Assembly: GCF_018350175.1 (NCBI RefSeq)
Contig: NC_058382.1
Span: forward strand, 53,074,001 to 53,138,000
DNA from: Felis catus
Lineage: Eukaryota
DNA length: 64,000 bases
Direction: 5' to 3'
Below the pieces are notes generated by a model. The model saw nothing but the letters and a program-made list of their open reading frames with translations. It had not been told where the DNA came from and did not search any database. Position 1 is the first letter of the stretch, and each line of letters begins with the position of its first letter. The position numbers were made by a program, and so were the translations under genes. Below are positions 38,023 to 49,728 of the stretch, piece by piece.

Positions 38023-40016
38023 AACGCTCCGATTCTGTAGAAGGGATGAGACGTGCATTTCCCAACAACCCAATGGGGAGCGGGGTGTCAGAACCTTTAC
38101 GCCCATTTTGCAAGATGAAAAAAATGGAGGCCCTAATGAGCTTCAGCGACTCACCCAGGGCTACGTGGCTAGTAAGTGGCTGACGGAGATAGGGCCCGGG
38201 TCACCGACATACTTCAGAGCGGTGCTTACCCAAGTGTCCTTTTAAGGGCCTGGGTATACATGTAACTTATTGTCCAGAGTGAGCTGATTCTGAGCATGAA
38301 AGGGGATGTTATTACTAATTATGCTCATCACAGGTTTGTCATAGGTCAGGACAGTCCCAGACAACCAGGACGTGAGGTTACCGCATGAAAGGGGTAGGTC
38401 CCCGTGCCCCATCCCAGACCCACTCAATCAAATCTCTGCTGGAGGGACTGGCCACCGTCTGTTTGATAAGCATCCCAGATGACTCTCACTGGTGCAAAGG
38501 GGTCCCCGAATCACGGGTGACTACTTCAGAACCATCCAAGGAGTTTATCCAAATACTGTTTTGGGGGGAGGCAGACCATCACTCCTGCACAATTATACCC
38601 GGGGCTCAGAATTTTGCATTTTTGAGCTCTCTCATAATTCTTGCTAAACGTAGGAATCGTGACCAACACTATAGGGGCTGAATTTGAAATGTAGCCTTCT
38701 GTTTGGTCACACAGACCGGGGAAGACAGGAAAATCTTTCAGAGCAACTCTTACAAGTTTGCTATGTTCTTTCGTGAAGAATGTAGTCAAAAAGAAAGAAA
38801 ATTCTCCGTTACCCCCAGGCTGTTGTGTGAGCTTGGGGGCAAGTTTATGTCATGTCTCTGCCTCAGTTTATTGGTGTTTGCAAAAGGATTATCAGTGGGA
38901 AGATCCCTACTGAATTGGGTAACAGGTGAATTATTTAGAATCATACTTAGCATGTAGAAAGAGTTCTCGAAAAAGTAATGACCATTAATGATTTTTACCA
39001 GTACCTGATTTTTCCCCAACCTGCTTGGTAGCTTTTATAGTCTTTTTGTTTCTCGGTGCATTTATGTTACTTTGCCTGATTACAATAGAATGTGGTTCCT
39101 GACTCTTAACTCCTGTCCTGCCACCTGACAAATGCCCCCCCCCCCCCCGTCACTCTGCTCAAAAGCAATTTTGTGGAACTCTTCCTAATTTCATCTGCCT
39201 TTGTCCTGAGATGCAAAGAAGGGGTAAGGAGTGGCTAAAACAACGATGTGCTGAAAACCAGTTAGAACTGGTATCTGACAACAGAAACAGACGCAATTGC
39301 AAATATTTCTTCCACACCTTTCCTATTGGCTACAGGGTATTCCATTAGAAGTATATTTCACACTTCTGTGAACAGGTTGTGGTCGCGTACTCTTGGATAC
39401 TTTGTGGTTGACTACTGTTGGATACTTAGGCTGCCTCGGTATTTGGAAACCGTGACTGTTTGTTTGTTTCTCTTGGTTAGTTATGATGACTTCCTCTAAA
39501 CAGAGCCAAAAGAATGATTTTTGAATTTGGTCAAGTCATAAAAGCAGCATGGCTCCATACTTCTCTGACGCAGGACTCACCCATTGGGACTCTCTTTCTC
39601 ATCCCCATTCATCTTGAGAAAAAAACAGGGCCGAGGATTGGCCAGAATGAATACTTGTTAAATAAAAAACATAAAAAATAAATCATCTTCCGAAAACAGA
39701 AAAGATCAACAATGGGCCGCTCTTATTTAATGGCAGAGGAATACAAGAGGGCTTTCTCTTTCATGTTGAAACGTAAATACTCCTAATGCCTTCTGAGGTT
39801 TCAGTCTTCGGCTTCGAGGATGTTAGAAGGGTTTTGTAAGCTGAAGACGCACTGTTCGTCTTATGCTGTGTGGCAAAAATAAACATCACAGCAGATCTAA
39901 ATGAGAACAGCGCATTCGTGTGTCTTTCTACTGGGTGTGTGTCCTATTACCCCATGTAAAGAGTTACATTACGAATTTATAATAGCCTGACAACAATGTT
40001 GTACATTTCTGGTCTC

Positions 40017-40250
40017 TTTTCAAAAATTTTTACTGTTTATTTACTTTTGAGAAAGAGACAGAGAGAAACAGAGCCTGAGCGGGAGGGACAGAGAGAGAGA
40101 GAGACAGACAGACAGACACAGAATCCAAAGCAGGCTCCAGGCTCTGAGCTGTCAGCACAGAGCCCGACACGGGGCTCGAACCCACGGACACGAGATCGTG
40201 ACCTGAGCCGAAGTCGGACGCTTAACAGACTGAGCCACTCGGGCGCCCCC
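40017..40250 (-). mobile_element. SINEC
   Basis: Full reverse-complement copy; flanking duplication ACATTTCTG. Confidence 0.95.
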
Positions 40251-42529
40251 ACATTTCTGATTTTTAAACACCCCAAAACATACTCTTGCATAGCTTTGCT
40301 TATTTCCTGGGGAGAACTGACAAAAGATGTTCTCGGTATTTGACAAGATTTAACCCGCTGTCGACATAATCCCGCTCCTTTTTTTTCTTTTTCGAAGCAC
40401 CTGAATAAAGCAAACCAACAGCGTGACTGGTGCGGTCATTACAGACAGATCCACCTGGACGAGTCCGGACTCCGTCACATAGCAGCTGCGTGACCTTGAG
40501 CAAGTTCCCACACCCAGTACCTGCTCTGGGGTCTGGCTCTCCGTGGGCTCTGGCCCAATGGTTCCTGTGATGTCAGAAACCGGCCGGGTTATGCCCTTCA
40601 CCGGGCCGTCCACTACACCATAGAACCTACACGTGGGAGACCGGGTCTTACCGGAGGAAGAGAACCTTCCGTTCTGACCGCGGCGGCACAGACAACCCTC
40701 TGGGCGTGCAAAGTAAGTGCGAAGGGCATGCAGAGTCCCGGGCTCCCTCCACGGGGCCTCTGCCTTCCAGCGACCTCACCCACCGGGTCTCGCCCAGCGG
40801 GCCGCCAGCAGCCCTGAGCGGCGGCCAGCCAGGAACGTTGGCCTTAACGTTAGCATAGCACGTTCCAGTTGATGGAGGGGCACCGGCTCCGAGCCCAAGG
40901 CGGAGCCGTCCCCTGGATCCGTTTCGATGGGCATCGGCGACTCGTGTGCTGGCCTTGTCAGAGTCCATCTTCCCTGACACGGCTCCCAGCCCTCCCTATT
41001 ATCGAGAAAAGTCCTCGTGCTTCGTGCACACCGAGCGGGGAACGCAAGTGGCAGGGGAAGCATCAGAGAGAGATCTGAGCCGCGTTTAAAAATGATATGC
41101 TGGCAGCCAGATCCGCCGGGCCGGGGACAGCGTGACCATTATAAAGGTCCAGAGGGGTTGCGCAGGCAGTCGGAGGCCCCCTCTGCTCCTCTCCCACCCC
41201 GTGTCCCCGCACTGCCGGGGCCCGGGGCCTGTCCTCACGCCTGTCCTCTGCTCCCACACGGGCCACCGCTGTCTACCAGTGATCAGATCCGGGAACAATG
41301 GATTCTTTTGTCCCAGGCAAGAGCCGTGGGTCAAAGGCAGCCACCTTCTTCCTCCACGGCGGAGCAAAGGGTCCCGATACAGACATATGTAGATGCCAAT
41401 TTTTAAATTAGGAAATGAAGGAAATCTACGGTCTCCCCCCCCCCCACTTTTTTTTTTAATATTGTCCTTTCAAGGATGTCTCTATTTGCATAGTTTGATC
41501 CCCTCCCCGTACCCAGCACCAACATTAGTGTGACCTTTTCCTGCTAATTGGAAAATCTTACGGAAATAAACCCTGTCAGAAAATGACAAGTGACTCCCCC
41601 TTTGGATGGCCAAACGACCTCAGAGGGGGAAAGAAGTTCTGAAATTCTGTTCCTTTTGCACACACTGCAAAATCTTTATTACTTCGGAGAGCCTTGAAGC
41701 TCGGTAATGCCCCTCCAGTGCAAAGCGGAGTAAATAAATTTCTTCTTATGACCACTTTGGAGAAACACACAACCAGATTTACTCAGCAGGGATAGATAGT
41801 GGACAGGATAATGAAGAGAGAATAAGAATATGGTCGGGGTTTACAGCCTCTTCTGTCTCTTTAAAGGGTTTTAATCCTTCAGAAACAGGATACGGGGTCC
41901 ATTTCCTTAAAGATACAGTGTCCCTTCTGGGACAAGTAATGTTATAAAAAGCTAACATGTAACATCTATCTCGAAATATTGATTGGCACTTTAGTGTGAT
42001 AAAAGGGGTTGAACCTGAAGGGGAAAAGAGGAAAAAAGGTAAGCGGGTATTGCTCTTGGAAGAATTCAAAGTGTCCCCATAATATCAGGCCAAACTTCTC
42101 CAACACAGAAACAAAAGCGCTCTTCGGGCCTGGTGACATTCGGCGGCAGAACTGGACGGCTAGGGCGGGTTTCAGGCAACGGCTCTTGTCTTACAAGCAA
42201 TTCCGGTGCTTCTGATGACACATTCTGAGGATTCTTAAAACTGACCCCCAAGGAGTCAGGCCAGGTATTCCGATCCATTGCCATCGGCCTAAAGGACAAG
42301 GCCCTCTCTCTTGAGACGCGTTGAGTTAAACGCTCCAGGAACTCGGCACGTTCACCTCATGCCCCAGATTCAGTGAGGTCAGTTTCAAAGACGATCCTGT
42401 GTGTACCTGCCGTCTCCCCCCCCCCGCCCCGCCCCAGCACTCTGGGGTTACTTCCCCATTGCTTTCACCTTCGGGCATGACAATGGGCTCCTCTCTCTGC
42501 AACGAGGACACCGAATTTTTGAGGACTCA

Positions 42530-42715
42530 CTTGGTGTCCAACCTCACGATAACTTCAGTGGCAAGGTTACGAACCCCAGTCTACACAACAGAAGAAGGAA
42601 GCTCAGAGACATCTCGCATCTTAGCCGAGGACACACAGCTTGTGAGGGACAGAGCTGGGATTCGAACTTACGTCTGCCTGACTCCAGGGCTCACGCTCTC
42701 TTCCCACTGGTTACG
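42530..42715 (-). mobile_element. MIR SINE
   Basis: GAGGACACACAGCTTGTGAGGGACAGAGCTGGGATTCGAACTTACGTCTGCCTGACTCCAGGGC. Confidence 0.85.
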
Positions 42716-43186
42716 TGCGCCCTGACCAGACTCCGCAGAGGGATCTGAGGTTGCTGTCCTGTGATTTCATCCTGACACCCTATACGTCCTCCCAGGACCT
42801 CTGGTGTCCTTTCTGATTTGTGGAGGACTTCAGGCATCGCCCACCTCATCCATTCGGGAAACTATTTCTCTCCCAGCCCAAATTCCCATTCTGTCTCTCA
42901 CTCTCTCCCAGCAAAATGGAATGGTCAGCACCAATTTGGAAAATAATATGTGATTCAGGTATCCCATTTCTGGTTTTACTCTGGAACTAATCACAAACCA
43001 GGCCGACTCAGGTCCGCTCAAGAATATAGAGACCGCCTCTTTGCAAACCTCCCTAGGCAGAATACAGCCTCTGTCTATGCAGGAGCTCAGGGGTCGGCGC
43101 CCTTCACCCCTGCGGGGCCTGGGGCATGATGCGGTGCTGCTTGGCTTGAGCACAGAGCTCTTTCCTGCCCTAAACTGAGAGCACTT

Positions 43187-43215
43187 AAACAAAAAAAAAA
43201 GTTTATTTATTTATT

Positions 43216-43252
<37 letters not shown>

Positions 43253-43302
43253 TGCATGAGTTGGGGAGGAACAGAGAGAGGAGAGAGAATCCCACACCCC
43301 GC
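43187..43302 (-). mobile_element. Internally deleted or strongly 5'-truncated SINEC
   Basis: GTTTATTTATTTATTCT(GA)n...GAGAATCCCACACCCC; TSD CTGAGA(G/A)CACTT at 43175-43186 and 43303-43314. Confidence 0.85.
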
Positions 43303-43982
43303 CTGAGAACACTTTTTCCACCTGTCCTGTCCAAGGTCCTCCACGGGCTGATCATCAGGTTGAAAACCCAACCCTTTGCCTCAGCATTGTGGTAAGGCCC
43401 TTTGTCATCTGCCTTCCAAACCTCCTCAGCACCCTGCAATTCCAAATACACATACTCCATGCTTCACCCATACCAAGTTTTTCATTGTTCCCCTAAACAC
43501 AGCACCCTTCAAACCTCTTGGCTTTTGTTCTCACTCTGACTGGCTTTCCTCCTTGAAGGAACAACAGCAAGTTCCCTCCTCCGAGAAGCCTCCCCTGATT
43601 TCCCCAGCTTGAGTCACATGACAGGCCTCCTTGCTCTGGCTTCCCACTGCCCCCTTTGATGGCCTCTCCCCCCCGCCCAGCCTTTATAGGAACGGTTTGC
43701 TCATATCCTGCCTCTCCCTGGATTTGTTAAAGCAAGGACCGTGTCCTTCTCATCTTGGGTCCTATGTACCTCATCCGGATATGCTTATCGGTGACACAGA
43801 AGAACTTGTGGGTGACTTACCCGGGGCTCCTGCAATCCCACTGGGCCCGGGAGTTACAGTCAGTCACATGGACAATCCATGACCTTGGAAACCTTCCCAC
43901 CTTCGGAGAGTTCTGACCCAAGGAACAGGATTTGAGTCTCTGGCCGGGGACAGACAGCCCTGGTAACACGTGTTTGATAAGG

Positions 43983-44380
43983 TGGCAGATAATGGCCAGG
44001 TGTCCACCAAATCATTTTCTTGGATTTTATTTTTTTGGAACACATGATGGACTACATTTCCCAGCCTCCCTTGCAGCTAGGGGTGCTCACCTGAGCTCTG
44101 GATGGGGAGAAGAAGGGAGGAGCATCGCTTCCAGGACTGGCCCTTAAAAACCTCCTGGGGCTCCTCTCTGCTCTTTTGCAAGCCAACTACAGACCGGAGG
44201 GGATTCCCGGGACCCAGCCGAGGGCAGAGCCCCAAAGCACACGGGGCCTGGGCTGCTGGGACTCCACCTGCAGAAAGGCTGTCCCCGGACCTGGTCGCCA
44301 CCTCTGAGCGAGCAAGCAATAGACTGTTCAGCTGCTGAGAGGCTGGGCTTATGTGCTACAGCCAACAGCCTGCCCTAATA
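43983..44380 (+). mobile_element. MaLR LTR (MLT1I/J-like)
   Basis: GACTACATTTCCCAGCCTCCCTTGCAGCTAGG...CTTCCAGGACTGGCCCTTAAAAACCTCC. Confidence 0.75.
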
Positions 44381-44388
44381 GAGGGACA

Positions 44389-44391
<3 letters not shown>

Positions 44392-44444
<53 letters not shown>

Positions 44445-44454
44445 CGCGCGCGCG
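44392..44454 (+). repeat. Compound microsatellite (TG)22(CG)9
   Basis: Read directly; uninterrupted purine-pyrimidine alternation. Confidence 0.97.
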
Positions 44455-45183
44455 ATCTCTGAGCTCCACTGCGTGCTCAGGGGGAATCCCAGACGACGAG
44501 ATGGACGGGCAGAATTCCTTTATCACCTCAAGCTTCCAGATACGCCTGCCGCTGGCATCAGGAAGCCTGATGTTGGCCCCGCCTACTCCCCAGCTGTGGT
44601 AACAAGGGGCACGCTAACTTGCGAAGCTTCTCCTCGAAGGGTTCCCTCTGGCAGAGCCCTTGTTTCGGAGACTTGACTGCATTCCCCGTGGGTGGTACTT
44701 CCTCTCTCTCTGCTTTTGGCAGGGACCCCTTGCCCAGCCCCTGCGAAGGCTCCAGAGCTCAGGGGCCACCTTTGCTGCTCCTGTTCTGGAGGTCCTTAAC
44801 TGCTGGATGTTGCGTTACCATCACCGGCCACGGCCGATGAGGGGTAGAGGGGGTCCTCCCCTAAAACGGAGAGGCCTCTTGATTTGGTGTTTAGAGAAGC
44901 ACTCTCGGGACACCTGAATGTGCTCCTCCCCACCAGCAGTGTGTTTTCGGCTCTTCTTTGAGGCTTGGGGGAGAGAGCTTCGTGTTGTGGTGGTTTCGCT
45001 TTGTTCTTCACGGCAGGGTACAACGAACTAGGAAGGGGCATCTTTGTGGTTTCAAAATCCGCAAATCTATGCAAACATGATCGTGGAGTCCCCGCATTCC
45101 AGAGTCACGGAATCTTGAGATCACTAAATTCCAGAATCTTGGAAATGCGGATTCAAGGAGGCTTGGAAACACAAAACCCCCCC

Positions 45184-45385
45184 TTTTTTTAAATGTTTAT
45201 TTATTTTGAGAGAGAGAAGTGGCGGGGGGGTAGGGGGCAGGGAGAGAGGCAGGGAGAATCCCAAGCAGGCTCCGTGCTGTCAGCACAGAGCCCGACGCGG
45301 GGCTTGAGCCCGTAAACCATGAGATCATGACCTGAGCCGAAAACAAGAGTCGGACGCTTAACCAACTGAGCCAGCCAGGCGCCCC
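45184..45385 (-). mobile_element. SINEC
   Basis: GAGAATCCCAAGCAGGCTCCGTGCTGTCAGCACAGAGCCCGACGCGGGG...CCAGGCGCCCC. Confidence 0.95.
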
Positions 45386-46484
45386 TGTAATCCTTTTCGA
45401 AGGCATTCTCAGGACTACCAGTATCTGGGGCAGAACGTGGGAAAGGGTTCCAGCCTCAGCGACCCGTGTCCATTCCCCACCCTGGGGGGTGGGGTGCAGC
45501 AGGACGGGACGCACCAGGTCCTCCAGGGACAGGTGTCAGGCAATAGCCTGGAAGGGCAGCCCGAGCACGCACTTGTCACCTCCACACGTTGCCGGGAAAC
45601 TGGGCAGCTCTGCCCGTGGGCAGGCCCCCCTGCTGTGGCGCTCTTCGTCTCTCACCCCGGCAAGAAACGCAGTGACGTAGAATGTGCCAAGCCACCGGGT
45701 TCCTAACATCCTGAGACAGGCACACTGGGATTCGGTCCATTGATGGAAATGTCACCGTGGAGAGGACACTCCTCTTGGCCCCGCTTCCTGCTTCCGGATC
45801 TGAGCCTCCTGGGAAGCGTCCGACCAAGCCCCGGGCAGCCGGAGACCCGGGGCCAGTGCTTAGGGGAAGTTGCACCTGCTTGAGGCACATGGAAAAGTGA
45901 CCAGATCACAAAATGTCCTGCCAAGGGGCTGAGGCAGCCACGGCCCGGACTCAGCACTAAATCATTCTCTCAGCTCCGAGAGGCTATAAGGCCAATCTCT
46001 GGGCAAGAAGCACGTCACGCAGAGACTCGCCTTACCTGCTTTTGTCATTCTGGGACTTGTTAGCGGTGTTCACGTATTACACCTCTTCTAGAATTACCAG
46101 GAATGTTCTAGGGTATTTCGGTCTCCGAGTTGGTTCGTAGCTGGGAGTAAGAGGTGACATCCAGGGGGAGGAGATATGACGGGCACAAGGTTGATTCCTG
46201 TGATTCCTGAGTCGTCCCTTTTTTAGCTGCAGGACCTTACACGGTTTTGGAGCCTCTCCAAGACCGAGGATTGTGGGAGCCGCACTCTAGCTAGTGCTCA
46301 CGGCGTGCCGTGTCCTAGGAGTTGTGGGAAGTCTTGCCTCGGTGAGCAACGACCGTATCCGCCAAGGACGGTTTATCTTTTTTTTTAACAGATTCAAAAA
46401 AAAAAATTAGCAGCCGAGGTCCAAGATCACTCAGCCACTAAGAGGTGGACGTAGACAGAAACAAGCTTTCAGCCATTCGGACAG

Positions 46485-46692
46485 AGCGGGCTTCTCCACC
46501 TTGGTGCTCCTGACATCTTGAAGGAAGATAATTCTTAGTGGGGGGCGGGGGGGGGGCTGTCCTGTGCACTACAGGCGTTTGGTCAGAGGCCAGGACAGCA
46601 CACAACCCCACCCACTTCTGGGTGTCCCCCAGAAAGTCCCAGATATTGCCAAATGTCAGGGGGGCAGAGTTCGATAATTTGAAAACCAACGG
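46485..46692 (-). mobile_element. MER20 hAT MITE
   Basis: GATAATTCTTAGTGGGGG...GGCTGTCCTGTGCACTACAGG...CCAGATATTGCCAAATGTC. Confidence 0.8.
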
Positions 46693-46807
46693 AGTGGATG
46701 AAGAATTAGCGGGGATACACAGAGAAAGGTTGTGCCAGAAACACACAGTATCGATATATGTCATTATTAGAATTCGAGATGTGAAACCCTTGCCCTATGG
46801 CTGGTGT

Positions 46808-46808
<1 letters not shown>

Positions 46809-46864
<56 letters not shown>
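46809..46864 (+). repeat. (GA)28 microsatellite
   Basis: Read directly. Confidence 0.97.
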
Positions 46865-46868
<4 letters not shown>

Positions 46869-48999
46869 AACCAGAAGTGAGAGACACTGGCCTGGAGAGG
46901 GGTCGGCTGCGCGGCACCTGCTGTAGGTCAAGTCCTATTAGGAGACTTGTAATCTGTTCAATCCTCCCCAAAGTCCTGTGAGGTGGGCCCTATTTCTCTC
47001 CCGCTCGAGAGGGGCCGGTGAGGCTCCGAGAGGGCAGGGAATCTGGCTGGGATTATACAGTCCAGCCCGCAGCGAGCCAGGATTGAGATAAAAATCATGC
47101 AGACAATGGTCTTCCCTCCTGGGCTCCCCAAAGCAGGGTCGGGGGGAGGGCGGCACGGAGAAAAGGTTGCTCCTGATGCCTATATAGCCTCTCGTACGTG
47201 GGAGTGATTGTTTGTTCACGCCCAGAGCTAACCTTCGTTGCTTTCTAGATCCACGAAGTTTTCTGGGGACCCCCGCACCCCTATCACTGTGCCACCCAGA
47301 GGTAGCTGCACGCACCGTTTCGGTGCAAGATCGAGAGCGCCGTACGACTGGAATGCAAGAGAGGGCAGGCAAGTGAAAGAGAAGGTGCAAAGGTCCTGGG
47401 GTATGTATGCGGCTGGCCATTACGTGTGCCGACCGACGGGCACACGTTCAACACTGTGCCTTCTGGGCAAGGCGGGAAGAGGGTAGGAGCAGGTCAGGGG
47501 CCCTTCCCGGGAGAGGGGATGCCGACTGACATTTGAAAGTGCAAAGTGCAGAGGCTAAAGTGAGCAGAGTAAGGAAGGCAGAGGGAACAGACGGGCTGGC
47601 AAGAGCCAGGGTCAGCCTTGGGACACAGCGAGGGACTCCCGTCTTCTGCCGGCCCACTTCTCGCGACAAGAGCGAAAGGGACCAGGCCGGTGGAGGGAAG
47701 ACGTCATTTCTAGCGCCCTATTCTGTGCCCATGTGTCCAAGGGGAAACGGTCCCTGCCAACAGTCACATTGTCCTCGTTTTCATTTCCATCCCATCTCTC
47801 CCCATCAAGGGACGCTTCTGTGACATCCTCTCGCCTGGCCTTGCAGGGCGAACCAGTGGGAGGGGAAACCGGGGAGCTCACTGAGCTCTGGCGAAAGACA
47901 AAAAAGAAAAACACCAAACCCAGCCCGCTTGGGAACCAGTGAGGAGTTGTTTCGTAACATTTTAAAATCAAAGTTGGCTCAAATAGGAAAGACGTCTCTC
48001 TCCTTCCTTGATAAGATGAATTCCCCCCCCAAACCCCCTCAATCGTTGCCAACAGCGCTAAAATAATCTTCGCCTTAGGATAGTTCATCCAAAGTCTATC
48101 TTCTTGAAGGAACCTTCTTAAAACTCCCGTGAGCGGTGCCTGGAGCTGTCACCCCGGGATTTCACAACCTCCCTCCTGGAAAATGCATCCCACGGTCTGA
48201 AAATAGCATCAGAGACCTGGCTGAGGGTGGGGGGCGGGGCAGGGAGTCGAATTCACGCATTTGAACCCCGGGTCCTTCACTCCGATTGACCTCGGAGGAA
48301 CAGCCCCAGCGTCCCCTCCGAGAACTGAGCCCTCTCTCCCTGAGTGGTTTTGGTAATTAAGTGAGAGAAGCACACAGTAGGAACTCAAATGAGATCTGTC
48401 TTCATCACAGTTGAAGTTGTGTGCCCGCCTCCCGCAGCCCCCACCTGGCACCGCACGCACGTTCCCTACGGGGCCACCCCTCTCTGAGTCTCAGCACGCG
48501 GTTGGGCCTCCCCACCTTGTCCATCTGGCGGATGCCGACCCCAGGCCGCACCATGTGGCGAGTGCTTAGTAAGCACCTCCCCCGTGCCAGATTCTGAGCT
48601 GGGAGTCCTCTGCGCGTGTGTGCGTGTGTGTGTGTGCGTGCTGGGGGTGGAGCTGACAAACAGAAGTCTCACTGCCGCCAAGAACTCACAGCTCTTCACG
48701 GCTTAGCCTCAAACGCCGCTTCTTCTGGGAAGCCTCCCGTCTGGCCTCTCCCCCCGCCCAGGTGAAGGGGGTCACTCTCCCTTAAGGAAACCCGCTGCGT
48801 CCCCGACCACAAACCGACTTGGGAGCCTCACCCCTCGCTCCGGGGCTTTGGCAGGGCTCCCTGGATGCTAGAAGGCGCCTCCCAGGGCCAGCCGCCTAAG
48901 GCGAACCTTGGGAAGCACCCTTGACCTGTCCCTCTCCGTCCTCCAGGACCTCCCATCGCCGCCAACCCCAAGCTCTTTACCTCCTAATTTTCTTTCACA

Positions 49000-49460
49000 T
49001 TTGCCCTCAACTCCACGGCGGGTCGTGCCTTCGCCATCACTCACCCCGGTTCCCATAGTGCACTCTTCTCCTGGTAGCCGGGGCAACTGTTCGAAATCAC
49101 TGACGTCACCGATGATTCCACCTGCCCTTAACTGCGACCGCTTCATTCCGTTACACTATCGCTACTCATTTCCGACACTCTGACATTAAACACCCAGCCC
49201 ACTGTCTACCTCGGCACCCCTGACACACGGCACGCGTCCCTTCGCTCTCTGCAGCACTGTTCAATTTCTTAAACCTACTCTTCTTCCTCGGTCCACAGGA
49301 CCTTTGCACATGCTGTCCATGCTGTCTGGACCACTCTCTTCCCCCTGCTGATGACTCCTGCTTTCCATCAAGTCTCAGTTGAGTTAAAACCCTTGCGGAG
49401 AAGCCTCCCTGAACCTCAGGAGTACATCAGTCCACCCCCTTCACAGGGCTGACAGCACCT
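49000..49460 (+). mobile_element. L2 remnant
   Basis: CACAGGACCTTTGCACATGCTGTCCATGCTGTCTGGACCACTCTCTTCCCC...GAGAAGCCTCCCTGA. Confidence 0.75.
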
Positions 49461-49465
49461 ACTTC

Positions 49466-49728
49466 CAGGGACACATTATGCTGTTCTTGGGCCCTGGGCA
49501 CTCTGACATTTGAGGGTCCCTTCCTCCGCTAAAAAATGCTAAAAAATAGATTTTATAACTGGTATAAAGGCAAATGTAATCCAGACTGGGATCATTATTA
49601 CGTACTCCTTCTTATATTCATTTTTTCCCCTTTGGATTTTAAAAGAAAATAAAGTTAAAACGCTTTTGCGGGCCCCCAACGTCTCACGGGTGCTGTGCCC
49701 CCAGTTTCTGACGGACTCGTTGGCCCTG
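49466..49728 (-). mobile_element. hAT-Tip100-type MITE (MER91-like; exact family uncertain)
   Basis: CAGGG...CCCTG termini, GGGCCC motifs at both ends, AT-rich core AATCCAGACTGGGATCATTATT...GATTTTAAAAGAAA. Confidence 0.55.

Noticed and set aside
41706..41715. TAATGCCCCT, matching the 5' end of mature miR-365
   Set aside because: The match stops after 10 nt and no precursor hairpin is visible.
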